Of a stretch of 64,000 nucleotides of DNA, positions 13,495 through 27,300 are shown piece after piece (the first letter of the stretch is position 1; each line of letters opens with the position of its first letter). The stretch covers positions 6,820,001 to 6,884,000 of the forward strand of contig NC_135260.1 in assembly GCF_964204865.1 (NCBI RefSeq), given 5' to 3'. The notes below the pieces were generated by a model. That model had not been told where the DNA came from, did not search any database, and was given only the letters and a program-made list of their open reading frames with translations. Source of the stretch: Styela clava (taxonomy: Eukaryota). The translations under genes and the position numbers were made by a program.

Positions 13495-16400
13495 AGAATA
13501 TTCGTAATACATCAGCAAGTACAGCACAAAATTTCTTCCCGGTTGGGAAACGTGGGCTCAGTTGGAATGAATGACGTAAACATGGTATTCAATAGATTTC
13601 AACACCAAAGCCATATAACGCAATATAATTTATTTTAATCTACCTCGATTTGCTAATGCCAACAAATACCATTTAGTTATTGATCTTGCGGTTAAATTGG
13701 GGATAAACATGAAAGGTTGCTTTAAAAAAACTTATATATAATTACTCTACTATGAATCATGTAATGACCTGGCCTAAAATATCAGATTTGCCATTTTCTT
13801 ACATAAATACTACTTTGTCATACTAATGGTTAAAACATGTCGATTCGTTATTCGTTCGATTTTCTCTTTGTTCGCTATTGACATACGTGGTATATAGTTA
13901 TGCAAAATCTGTATGCCGAGGAAACACATAATAGAAAGCGATCAATAATGGATACTATAGACATGCTCATGATGAACCATAACTTAATCCTTTATTTGCT
14001 AATACCCGTTAGGAAACGGACACAAGTAGTTGTGCAAGTATATTGTTCGTAATTTTCATAACTTTATTTTGTGATGTATTCTCAGCGAATATATATATAT
14101 ATTCTTCTCGATGGGACTAAGATTACAAGCGGAAATTGATGAAGAGTTGAAGAGATTTAGGCACTATGATTTCATTGATTATGATATTATTATAAGACAG
14201 ATCGACAATTTATAAAGATAATTCTATTTCGGATACAAGGCTTTGCGGAAAATCCAATCCATCCTCAGACAATAATATTCTGAAGTCGAATTTTGTTCAT
14301 TTCGCCTTGACCTGGTGAATTTGCGAAGATTGGTTCTTAGTAACAAATGACTTTTTGTTTACTGATGTAGATCACGTTTAATTCCCGAGAGAATCGCTTT
14401 AATTTTGGTTTTGGTCTGTTTCCTCGATCGAATTGATTTTCAATTTCATGGTGAATCAGTCAGGCAGGCACGAGCGGACGACTTTGGTTAGATACGTCAA
14501 CGAAATTCGATTCATTTCAAATCAAGTCTGTGCGCTGAAACGTAAAATGATAATGACAGCTGAGAGAGGATTTGCACTTTATATCATAGCTAAGTCAAGC
14601 TCGCCGGTTCAGAACCAAAGTCGTAGAAACATTGTGCAATTCAGAATAGCAAAGTTCTGTCTTATGGAAAATATACGATTAGAATCATTTACTTGAGTAT
14701 ATTCAATCTGTAATATATTTAATCGTGTTGACGAAACAGGACGCGACGCCCGTGGTTAGACGGATGTGTACTGGATATAGATACTCGAAGACATTAACCA
14801 GATAGTAGACATTGAACGCCGTAGCTGGGATAGAACTTCATAGCAAAATGCAAGCGCGTTCAGTTATTTATTGGCGAAGTTCATACATAAATTTGAAAAT
14901 AGGATGACTTTCAGACGCAAATTAATGAATAGTATATATTCAATGTGCCACTGGCAAGAAGTTCTCAAATATTATGAGGTATTATCCGTAATAAACTTAT
15001 ACGGTTTTGTGGTAAAAAAAATCCGACAGGATAGATAATGATTTTTTAGATTTATCATAGGAAAGGCTAGTCTATCGGTATGCGAAACAGGTCCGGTAAT
15101 CATTATAAATGTAAAGGATTGAGTTGTGAATCCAGGTTGGGATATGCCAGCACTTTTGGTTACTTCCCTGTGCCACGAAGCGAATTTTTTGCGCCATTTT
15201 AGATAAGCTGTAACGACAAATCCTAAGATTACTAGGCAGAGGACAGTAAGTTAATCTCTAGTGTTGACTACGACTACAATTTTATGAAACGCTTTGTTGA
15301 AATAACAAATCAAAATATTTATTTTGCCAGATCAGATATCATTCCTTTGGCGTGAGTTTTTGAAATATTAAATATAGTACCTTAAATGTAAAAACATTTT
15401 TGTAGTATATTCTTTATATGCAAATGAGGCACTTGTAATTTATGCTGTCTTTCAAACTAAAAAAATTATCGTTATTGACGCCAATAATACCTCATTGATT
15501 TTTCTATTGTCTTAATATTGCTAGTTCGGATAAACAAATGATCGATTGATTGGTGATTCTCCTTGTCATAACGCATCACATATTTCACCATCAGGTTATA
15601 AGTCGGATAGAAATTTTCGAGTTGGTACGGGGTTAATTTATCTTGTAAGCTTTCGTGAAGCGTTCTAAGTCAGTGGTTCTCAATGTGATTGTGCGACGAG
15701 GTTTCTTTGGTAGGTTTGCAGGATGAGTCTGTTGCCTGCAATTTTATTTTAAATGAATTAGGAATATACAATGCAACTTAACTAATCAGCAAGGGAAATA
15801 TTAATATTCACTATACGTCATTTCAATGTATTAGCAATTAGCTATAAGTATTGGTTTCATTAGGTACATTTTGCGCACGATATTGGCATATTTCTATATT
15901 ACTTTTTAAGGATCGACATTTAATCTATATTTATGATTATTTTTATAAGCTTATTTCCGTTTAAATTTATATTAAAAATCGCCAATCAAACGTACTGCTC
16001 CAAATGTATTAATTTAACGAGGACAGGAGTGAGGTTCTGAAGACTCAATTATTAGTGTTTCCTTTCATCGTGACTTGAACTGATGTTTGTAAAATGTCGC
16101 TTTCGTTATATGCAGTAGTTCTGTTTACAGTTAATGGGTGATTATGGATGAATTCATTATGAATGCTTTACTTGAAAAGTTGCGATACCGATTTTACTTA
16201 ATTAGATTTGACTATATTGGTCCGTGAAAATTTTATGTATATTTAACAACGGGCTTGCAAAAAAGTAGGGAGCCGCTGCTTGAAATGTTGAGAATTTAGT
16301 GGTGACAGGAACATTTGATATCAAAAATGGGCGGGTCACATATCAATCTGGTCATTATATATGAAGGACAAAATATGCGCATGAAGCAAGCATGTTAAGC

Positions 16401-17365
16401 AGTTTTGATTTGGGAAATTTCAAAGCAATAAAGAAAAATCAAACTGTTTTACAGTCACGAAATAAGCTTATTAATTCGTGTCCTTCATTAAAATTTCATC
16501 ACCGCTGGATTTACCGCTCGTGAAAAAAGTGTTAGCTCGTTAAATATCTTATTAACGGCATCATTTCTGACTTATCAAGGGCTCCGGTATTATTTATAGA
16601 AAATATTATGAACTTTATAAATGCACCAATTTACGGTTCAATTTAAACTTTTTGCAACTCGGGCGAACTGCAAGGAAATGCTTGTGGGGATATTTTTAGT
16701 AAATCTTCCAATTTTTAATTATATTCTATGTCATGGTGTGAGATCAACTATTGTCATTGTCATTTTTTCGTACTATGCAGTAGTTCAAGTTCTTACCCCC
16801 CAGACTTCAAAGTCCTGGAGTGTGACTCGCTCAATAACTCTTTCGGGTAATTATTCTTACTACATACAGGAGTTCAATCGTTAATCAATAACTCATCGTT
16901 TATCATTTTTGATGTTCAAAATCATGTTTACAGAATTCCTAAATTTTTGTATTCAACTGGCCAATAAAAAAAAAAACGGAAGAAAGTGACTGAAAGCATT
17001 CAGCGCCCATCAACAGTCCAAACCTAAAAAATCCATTCAACTGGCTTTTGCTTCAAGTGAACTCAAAGTCCTGTGGCTCAGTTAATTAATTAATTAATCT
17101 TTGGGTATCCCAATCTTTTCCAAACGCATGCTTCATTGGAGAGATAATTCCACTCTATTCACATTGTATAATAACATTCAATCAATACAATACCCGAGCT
17201 CATTTTTTTGTCATAAACGACCATAGCCCGTCTCGAGGATTTTTTGGACCCTCGCATCCATGTTTCCGGCTTCCGGACGGGCCCGCTGGCTGTTAACAAC
17301 CTATTGTCATAAATCACAGTGTATTTTATGTTTTCGTTTTTAGATTTTGTTGTATTGATACAGAT

Positions 17366-20126
17366 ATGAGTAGACTGGTAATAAACTCATCAAGCACAGA
17401 GAACATGGACGTGTTGCAGAAAACTACGGACTTCTTAAAAATTCATTATGCGGGGGAGCACGGAAAATTTCCAGATGATTTTGGACCAGTAATTCACATC
17501 CAGAGACAAAACGAAGGACCTTTGACTCCTGTTCATTATATTGTTATTGTTCTAATCATATACATGGGAGGAATTGCAGTCTTGATCATGAAGTCAGTTC
17601 AGGTACATACATTAATACTTCTGTATCAGATGAAATAAGTATTTTTTGCGACGGCATTAAAATACATTTCCGAATTTAATACTGTTTGGTTCGTAACAAC
17701 CATTTGAGAGACTCTAATGCAGTAGTTCCCAACATTTTATGACTCGTTCCGCTCCCTTCCTGAGGCTTTTACCTCTCATGGCCACTATTTATCATTCCAG
17801 TAGTATTTACAGCGTAATTTCAATTGGAAGATTTCAAACCCCTTTATGTTCAAACAATTCATGCTCAGCAAAGTGAAAACACCCTGTGAAATAACCTTAT
17901 CACGCAATGGAACCAAGATTGGAACCCCCCTCTAACCTATGTTCCAATGAATCGATCAATAGTATTACAACGTTTTTCAACTGTTTATCAAATTGTACTT
18001 CGGTCATTTTATTACATTTCAATCGTTAATTCCTAACCTAAATTTCATTTCCTAAATGACTTGTACACATATAACTTATACATTAGGATCTAATAGGTAC
18101 GTTATATAAGCAGGTAAATATTTTTAGTTGTAGGGGGAAAAATGGGTATCGCGCAAAAATAACAAACGAACGAGTCATAGCGCAACTAAATAATGTGCAA
18201 GTTTACAGTTGAATTTTCAAGTGTTTAGGGGTTTATGCAAGCGCCCGCTCGTATGTTTTAGTGGTAAAAATTGAGGTGGAAGAAAACACAGTATATATCA
18301 GGGGTGAGTCCCGTCAGTTACGAAGGTGAAATTGAATATTTTCATTAAATTGCATACGCTTTCCATATATTCACAAGTTTCTTTTTGTCAGGCTGTGGCG
18401 TGTATTTGCGGAGTGATGCCCTTTAGTATGGCAAAGTTTAGTCGATATGGAAATGTTGTTAACAATTGCGGAAAATTTGAGTTCGATCAATCTGTAACAT
18501 GGTCTGTAGCAAAGCGAGGTACCAGGTTTCAGTCATTTATTTTGTAAAAAAAACATATTTCAAATATTCTATAGCTAGTTTCACCAAAATGAAGTTTAAT
18601 ATAAAAGGGTTAATCTCGCGTTAACATTTTGACGACAAGTCTGTCGTCTGTGAGTTGGCCCCGATAGTATTATTTTAAGTATCTTTACGTTATTCCCGAT
18701 TACAGAGCTATCTTCGACAATCACAAAATAGGATTCATAAGATGATATCTATAACCGAATATTGATACTTTATATATTTAATCTTTATAGATTAGAATTG
18801 AATATTGCCAATAGTAAAATATTCTTGATTTTTCTGTTTCTATTCTCTAAGCAACTTTATTTTTCAAACTTATAAAAGAATCTCTTAAATATTTATGAGA
18901 CCTATTTATGCTGCGGATAGAAAGAATCAAAAGACAGACTAATTCTGCCACGAATAAATATTTCATGTTTTTGCCCTGAGAAGCTAATATCCAGCGCGAG
19001 AAGGATTATTCAAAACATTTAGTTTCGAAATTTATATTCGCGGTTGAATAAACTGCTTACTATTAGATAACTCGTTATAAAATAGAATTCATACAATTCT
19101 GGCATCGCAGACGGCCCGGAACTGTAACCACAAAAATATAATAAAAGAGAAATATTGCCAATAAGTTATCGATCGATAGTTTTACAAAAGACAGTTTGAC
19201 AATTTAATCGTTCCACATGACGTTTACCTTTATTTTCTTCAACTTTATTACAGTTTAAAAATCTGACATTATTTTTTCAGAGAGACAACGAAGTCCGACG
19301 ATACGCCAATTATTACGAAAATTTTGTAAAAAGGCCACAGTTCAAAAGACCCCAATTACTCCCAAATTATACTTTGCGTAGATCGTGGTATAAAAGCAGG
19401 TAAGTTTAGGAATATTATTTCTATATTCTATGATAGTTCATGGTCTTTAGTTTGCTTACCATCCAGTCTTACGGAAAGTGCGATTGTTAATCAACACGTA
19501 GCGTAGAGAAAATTCACACGGTACTCACCGTCCAAAAACAGTAGTTTCCTAACCCTAAGATTTCACTTTTTTAAATTAGATATTTGAACGTTGGATGTCA
19601 CTGCTCGATAACCAGCTCTGGTTCCCCGCGACTTCCCTTCTCCAGTAAAACTGTAATTTTAATTTTTTTTCCGTCTTTTCTGTGGTTATTTTTTTTTATT
19701 TACTGGTTGGAAAAATTATACTTGACTTGGCAACCCCATCCTACGTAATCACCGTGATGGTGCTACCACGAACAGCATTTTATCAGTAACAGATACATAT
19801 ATATGGGTCGGTTTACATTCGTACTTAGGATTAATACACTTTGGGGCAATTTATGAATTGAGTTTATATAACAAGTTGATTCAGTACTTATTTTTTTTTA
19901 CAGAATTCACAGAGGCTCGTGCACACCATCTCACGTTGAAACTGTAACTGATGTCGGCAGTGTGGAAGTGTTTGATCTCGATGATCACCATAGATGTGAT
20001 TCTATATCTGCCACAGCTCAATGTACATTGCATAAACAAGACAAACACTTTGACAAAAGATCATCGGCAATAATCGTGGTAAATGCAATGCCAGCGTCAA
20101 CTCAAACTGAAATTCAAGATGTATGA
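17366..20126 (+). CDS. Uncharacterised 192-aa single-pass membrane protein, KCNE/MiRP-like
   Basis: Exons 17366-17602, 19281-19399, 19904-20126 join in frame (579 nt, TGA). No signal peptide, N-terminal NSS sequon, TM YIVIVLIIYMGGIAVLIM followed by KSVQRDNEVRRYANYYENFV; AATAAA near 20435 and 20458. Confidence 0.75.
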
Positions 20127-21019
20127 ACAACTGAATTCACAGCAGGATTAACTTCGCTTCACAAAATTGCTAAATCAACGGCATTTCTACGACAACCGAC
20201 GTCGAGGTTTGAAACAGCAGACTCCCAGCAGAACGGCGTGATCTTCAAGGCCTGCGTTAGCATATATCGAATTAGATGTAGGGTTGCCTGTATATATATA
20301 TATATGTGTAATCGAATTAAATCAATGTTGTAAATCACGTTTCCATTGGTTTCAACTTTTACAATCATATGACTATTGAATCATTTTTGTCATTTTGCAA
20401 TACGCATGTGCTATGTATGTTGCGTACATTTGGAAATAAATTTGAGATTTCACACACAAATAAAATCACACTTCATTTTTCTGTATGCAGAACGATGAGA
20501 GAGCAATTTTATACGGCAGTTTATCGGGTCAAAATTCCGATATGAATGATGAAAAGTGGGTGGATAAAATCGCAGCATCGTCGTATTATTAGTCCATTAC
20601 TATATCACGCTGAGAAATATTACTTACGTGGTAGTAGGCCTATCTACTAAAGACGGCTGTATCGGCTAAATGTAGACCGATATATTAGGATTTTTAATCT
20701 GATCCAGAGTTTTAAAAAATAAGTTGGAATATGGATGTTGATATTATTTTTTGCTTACAGGGATAGTGTTCGCGGTATTGGCTCCGATAACTCTGAGACA
20801 TGCTCTCCTTCAGCCCCGCGTGTAGAAATGAGAACAGGATTCTGACCTGTTTATCAGCCAAACTAGCTCAACTAATTTGTGTTTTTTCGCTACCAATTTT
20901 TATATTGACATCTTCAATATCACATGGTAGTTATGAAGAAATATCAATCAAACATTAGCGAATTTCCCGATGTGTAAAAGACAAAATACGATTTACATTG
21001 GCCTGCACACGCAACGCAA

Positions 21020-21924
21020 CCTTTTTTTAACTTGCGGCACATTTATATAACTTGCCAAATTCGACGGCACACCACAACAATTATGTTCATATTTCCATCA
21101 GAGATTTGTGGTTGTTTTAATGAGCACAATCGCTATATATTAGGATCAATACGTGAAAGAGCAACTCGAAGTTCGCCGTCAACATCTTTTATGCAGGATC
21201 TTTTATCGTTATTGATCAGTAATAAAGAGGAAAAACTTTGTTCGCACATATAAGTTGTGCAAAACTGGAGCAATATTTCAATAGTTGCATTGGAAACGTG
21301 CGCCTGTATTCTTCTTTTATTAAAATTCAAAACACATCAAGTGGAATTTTGCTGAATTTCAGTCTTAGCGTCTGTCATTTCTTACTTCAACGAAATTTTC
21401 TCGAATACGCAGGAGTAATTCTTTCGTTAACATTTCAGCACTAGTTGAGAAAGGATTCCGGATCCAGTCGTATCGTTCATTGTTAATTGCGAAAAAGTAC
21501 CAGTGCTTATCTTTGCTGTATTAAAGTTAAGTGCTTTTTCGCCAAATTTGACACGAAACCGTATTTCGTATTTAAGTGGCGCATAAGTTTACTCGGAACC
21601 ATTGCTTCATTTGAAAGTTGCTCCCCACAAATGCAGACTGGTTTTGGAGCATCTTTGTCTCCTCTCCCCCGGGATAAATATGTAAATCCTATCCTATCCT
21701 ACGTCACAAATGCACAGTGACAGAAATTTGACTTGGTGTCGCTCAAGCTAACGTAGAAACATGTTAACTTTACGTTAGTAGAGTAGAGTAGTAGACTAAA
21801 TTAAAATTAACAAAGAATAAAAAAAATTGTAAAAAAGAGAGAAGAGTTGCAATTCCTGTGCGGCACACCTGGTATCATATCGCGGCACACCGGTGCGCCG
21901 CGGCACACCGGTTGCGGAGCAATG
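21020..21924 (-). mobile_element. Internally deleted hAT (Buster/Charlie-type) transposon relic
   Basis: Minus-strand fragments: BED-finger-like APKPVCICGEQLSNEAMVPSKLMRHLNTKY (~21560-21652), WIRNPF (~21449-21466), hAT dimerisation region LLQFCTTYMCEQSFSSL...DGELRVALSRIDPNI (21133-21290); GCGGCACACC subterminal repeats; SINE 3' fragment at 21659-21700. Left boundary approximate. Confidence 0.8.
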
Positions 21925-21932
21925 ATCTAGAT

Positions 21933-22800
21933 CAGGGGTTCTCAAACTTTTGATGTTACGGAGCCCTTGAAGAGGTTGACCATTCTTCACGGAGCCCCAC
22001 AAATAAATTTTGAAAATAAAGCAGACAAAAAATACATGTTGATATTTAGTGATTAATATTCCTGAGTAAGTTAAAAATACCTTACCTAATTTAAATGCTA
22101 AAACTTTTTATTCTAAATTGCACGGATAAATTATACATATTAGGCCTGTAAATTTGACACACATATTAATGAATACTCTTTTGATATTTTGGAAGAATGA
22201 AGAAGTCGCTCATAACATGCGCGATAGCATTTTGCTGTAATCACCGATTGTTTTCGTAGCGATGCGTGTTTTTTAGTTAGACCCTAACATCTATATGTGG
22301 TGTTTATTCTCCCTAATCACACATTTTTCTTGCTTGTTCCGCGAATGCGATAATTACGTTTTTGTCTTTGTGCGTAATTGTGAGTTTAGTATGGAAAACA
22401 AGTTAATACAATATAATCATCGGCGACGAGATGCTAAAAATAATTAATAAGGGGGTGAATCAGCAACCCAAATTTCTTGATTGGAAAGCGGTATTATATA
22501 ATACTAAAACGGAAGAAAACATGATAATTTTTATTTTAGCGGACTCGCGACAGATTAAAAACGCTTTTTTAGACATTGTGAATCACAAACTTTGATGTTA
22601 TGTTAGGTTATCAATGGGTGTTGTACCGTAGTTACTGAAATCAATACAATAATTGTGCGCTCGAATTTTATTATTGGTGTTTTTGCTTATTAACAGTTAC
22701 AGAATAACCAAGTCCGTATTTTGATCGAATATCTCGCGGAGCCCCTAGGTTTCTCTCGCGGAGCCCTGGGGCTCCGTACGGAGCACTTTGAGAACCTATG
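21933..22800. mobile_element. Non-autonomous hAT (Charlie-like) element
   Basis: TIR caggggttctcaaa...tttgagaacctatg, GGAGCCCC subterminal motifs, ATCTA-containing target on both sides. Confidence 0.72.
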
Positions 22801-23989
22801 ATCTATTCTAGATCACAAAGCACTTCATTTCAGCATTAGCCCATTCAACTGCCGAACTTATATTGATTCGATTGTCTGACATACATCAGCAAAATCAGAA
22901 TGTGCAAACTTTGTGGTAATTGTGACAAATGCGTTCACATTTTTAATGATAATGTCACGCCTGAATCACATTGTCATAATGAATTGCGCCAAACACCTCA
23001 AAGAAAAGTTCCAAGTTTGGATATGAGGTAAGTGGCCATTTTGCATTTCGGGGTTGATTAGCTGTAAGCAACCAAGTTGCGAGAACAAGAAATATGCGCG
23101 AGATTACAGTTTTGACAGAACGAACTTTTCTACTCAAATCACATATTGAGCGGTAGAATACTGCTGATATTCTATCTTTTTGTACATCCCCATTTCTTTA
23201 GGCTATGTTTCAGTACAATTTTGTTGGAGTATAACCCAGGCTGGCACCGTAATCAACGGCGCTGACAACACAGATTGGGGAAAATTTGTACATTACATCG
23301 GGGTATGGTAACAAAGGATGCTTGGAATCGTGTCCCCGATACAGGTGACATCTGTGAAGAATCTGAACTTCGAAAAAGAGTTTAGAATTTTCTGTACATA
23401 GTGTGCGTACTTTTTATTAATCGAATTTTAGATTATGTATTATACATCTTAAAGCAGATAATTTCGGTTTGAGAAATCAGCAAAACTATGGATGGATATA
23501 GATTCGGTTCCCGTACATTTGAACCCATACTAACCCTAACCCATTGGTTTTAGCAACCGTATATAGATTCAAATGAAGTTGAATTTGCACCCACATATAA
23601 AAGCAAGACGTCTTTGTTGTGTGATATGACAATAAGCATTTATTATGATCAATTAACTGTTCTCATATTCAGCATAAAGAGATCACAAAGTGCATCTTTC
23701 CGTTCCTGTTTTCTTCCATATTAAGTGATTTTATCAGTGGCTCAGTCCGATACAAATGTAGGCTTCAGTCTGTGCGATTGGTGATACCCGCCAGCCGCCG
23801 ACGTGCGCGAATACTTCCTATGCGATGGAAGTAATACCAGTCACAGATCACGGTTAACCTAATATTCCTCCGCAATGTTTATTTTATCGAATAAATACCC
23901 GAAACAAATAGGGGGAAACTCCTGCTGCCAACAATCTGCTGCGTGTATTTCCCTTCCGTCGCGCCTCGTTTCAGACCTCGTATTACGTC

Positions 23990-24047
23990 TGTGGCGTTGT
24001 ATGATTGGAGTTTCAACCGGTGGCGTGACCAATCACAGCGAGCCAGC
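23990..24047. promoter_or_regulatory. Two ER-stress-element (ERSE)-like sites upstream of calreticulin
   Basis: Minus 23990-24008 = CCAAT-N9-CCACA; plus 24029-24047 = CCAAT-N9-CCAGC (consensus CCAAT-N9-CCACG); TGACGT at 24060. Confidence 0.65.
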
Positions 24048-24320
24048 TCTTGTTTTCAGTGACGTAACTTTTACGTGTGCGTTCATTCAGGGTACACGCT
24101 TGCTATTGCTACAGAGTATTGCGGCAAGCTTACGCTCAGTTTTCAGCCGAATTGCCTTATAGATTCATGCATTTTAGTTGATATACAAGTGTAAGCTTGT
24201 TTAGATTTGCGAAGTATGTGACAGTGTACTTGAGTTTATTCAAATGGGCTTATTTTTCTTCTAATAATCTTTTTCACATCAACCAGGGTTCCAATAAAGT
24301 AGTAATTAGGACAATAAAAA

Positions 24321-27300
24321 ATGAAATTCTTTGTCACATTTATATGTCTATTAGTCTTGGCCAAAGTCAATGCGGAGGTATACTTCAAAGACTATTTCAC
24401 AGACGGTGAGTGTTTTCATAAAATTTAAGTTTACTGGTTTAGAAAAAGGTGACCGAAGTAAACGTCTGAACGTATTTCCCACAACAACCTTAAACCACAG
24501 TGTCGGGTGTGTTTTCAAGTAGCATTTGTCACAAAAGAATAAATTTCATTTCAAAACCAAACACGAGAAAAGATACCGAAAATACCACCTTATTTCTTGG
24601 GAAACAATTTAAAACGTAATAAAACTAAAAACTAAAAGCTTTATGCTGTTATATAGTTTCCTTGAAAAACTGATTAGAACGATAAACTCTTTATTCCTAA
24701 ATATATTTGAAGTGAGTGAACTCGCGACCTTTGATCACTTTTGGGTCCGCAAGTACTCCTCAAAAATTTTTGCGGCCCTTCATCCTCGCATACTTGGACC
24801 ACTCTGTCCTGTATCATTATAATTCGAAAATTTAAACGAACACAGTTCTATAACGTCAGACATAAAAATGCCTTTTAGAGAATATTAATGTGTTTTTCTC
24901 AACATTGTAACCCTGAAAAGATCGAAGTTACACTCCTATAATCTTGAAATGTTGCCGTAGAAAACCCGAAGAGACGGACAACTCACCAGAACTCTCTGTA
25001 GTCGAGTTGTCTCTGTTGAGTTGTCTGTGTAGTCGAGTTGTCCGCCTCTTATATAAAGTACCGTATAATAAATCTTCATACCATAATAAAAAACTCACTG
25101 ATGGGAACCTCAAGACTCCCAATGCAACAGCCTAAGTATTTTTCTTATTATTTATAGCGGATTGGGAAGCTCGGTGGAAAGAATCTAAACACAAATCTGA
25201 TTATGGAAAATGGATTTTAACAGCAGGAAAATTTTATAATGATGAAGAACAGGATAAAGGACTCAAAACTAGTGAAGATGCCAAGTACGTTAATGATAAT
25301 CTTTTCATGAAGATTTTTTTCAGAAATCTGCAAATTGAGGAAAATTTAAGTCCAAAAATAATCGAGTTCTAATTTTCTGACCTTGCGTAGTTTTGTACCT
25401 CAAGTACTTCTAGCGGGCGTAGCGTGAGGATTTTGACCCTATGTCTGTATGTCAATCCTAACCCTCACTTGACTAGGCCATCCAAAAATTACGTCACTAC
25501 GACGTCACAAAATTATTTGGCTACGCCCACTAGAAGCAATTGAGTTATGAAACTATACTAGACCCTAATTTTCGATTGACAATTTAATAGGCCACAGTAG
25601 TATTCAGCATGTTGAACCAAATTTATTAGTGTTGTGGTTTAAAGATTGTGTAGTTGCAAATTGTGAATAGTATACCCACCCAGGAAGATTTTGCTCGTAT
25701 TCGATCTTATATGCTCTCTGTCTGTTATTTATTTTGAGTCTCGTTTGTATTGTAGTGACGTATCAAATTTTTTTATTTTAGATTCTATGCAATTTCTTCT
25801 AAATTTGACAAATTTTCCAATGAGGATAAAGATCTCGTCATTCAATTCTCTGTCAAGCATGAACAAAATATTGATTGCGGAGGAGGATATATCAAACTTT
25901 TCCCATCTGCATTACAGTCTGAAGATATGCATGGAGATTCACAATATAACATTATGTTTGGTAAGATATGACTTGACCATTGAATGCAGGGTGATGTGAA
26001 TATTGTCAACTTACTGTTGTTCTTGTTGAATGAAGCCTAGCCCGGCCCAGATATTTTGAGAGCTAACTATTGTTAAATACTTGATATGGCAGTACAAAAT
26101 ATATCAATTGTTAGTTATTGCTTTGAATAAAGTTAGTGATAAGCTAGGTTAAAAAAAATTCTTGTTTTTGATCTTTCCTTTCTAAAATTAAATCATCATT
26201 AATAAGTATGTTTTAACGAACTTCATTGTACAATACAACAAAATATTATTGGACATTTCTTGCTGGTAATATTCATCAGTATCATTCACATACCCGGTTT
26301 GGTGATGAACATCTTAAGTGTTTGTCGTGTTACGTAATCCATATTTTTGCTAAGTGGCAATGATGTAGCAACTGAAACGTGTGTCTACGTTTTGTTCTTA
26401 CCAAAATAATCTTTCATTTCAGGTCCTGATATTTGTGGGCCAGGTACTAAGAAAGTGCATGTCATCTTTCATTACAAGGGAAAGAATTTACTAATTAAGA
26501 AAGATATCAGATGTAAGGATGATGAAACTACACACGTTTACACCTTAATTGTGAAACCAGACAATACGTATGAAGTTTTAATTGACAATGCAAAAGCACA
26601 ATCCGGAAGCCTTGAAACAGAATGGGATTTCTTGGAAGCAAAAGAAATTAAAGATCCTGATCAATCTAAACCCTCACAGGAAGAATGGGACGAACGTGAG
26701 AAGATCCCTGACCCAGATGCAACAAAACCAGAGGTTTGTTGGCGCTCCGGAAGTATGTGCACCAAAATGGCGCACAACCTGAATCAGAACCTGGCACACA
26801 TACTATGTTCAGGTTGTGCGTCATCTTGGTGCACATTGGGAGCACTGGTTTGTCACCTGTTACCTTTCTCAACCTTCATTAAAAAAAAATTAATAAATTA
26901 TTAGTATCTCAAGTCATATTTGAGCTATCCTTTTATTTTCCTTGCGGGGCCTGATGCAATATCTTTTAAAACTTCTGTTAAAAGATGCATTTTAATAATT
27001 GCAAAAATATTGCATTGCTAAAATCTGAAATTGACCTGCTTTCAACCATTGAAGACTATCGAACATTTTAATCAGTGGTCTAAATTCTCATTTTTAAGTA
27101 ACAATGTTTGTATTTTTATTTACTATAAATGTCTTACATAGCATAATTCAAAAGAGATGTATATTTATTACTCTTTTCTGCTGTTTAGTATTAACTTGCA
27201 TTTTTATCTGAAGGATTGGGACAAGCCCGAACACATTGTTGATCCTGATGCCACAAAACCTGACGATTGGGATGAAGATATGGACGGCGAATGGGAAGCT

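Noticed and set aside
26302-26375. Possible C/D snoRNA in calreticulin intron 3 (GTGATGA...CTGA)
   Set aside because: Terminal stem is only ~3 bp and I could not identify an rRNA or snRNA guide match; needs snoscan or an Rfam search.
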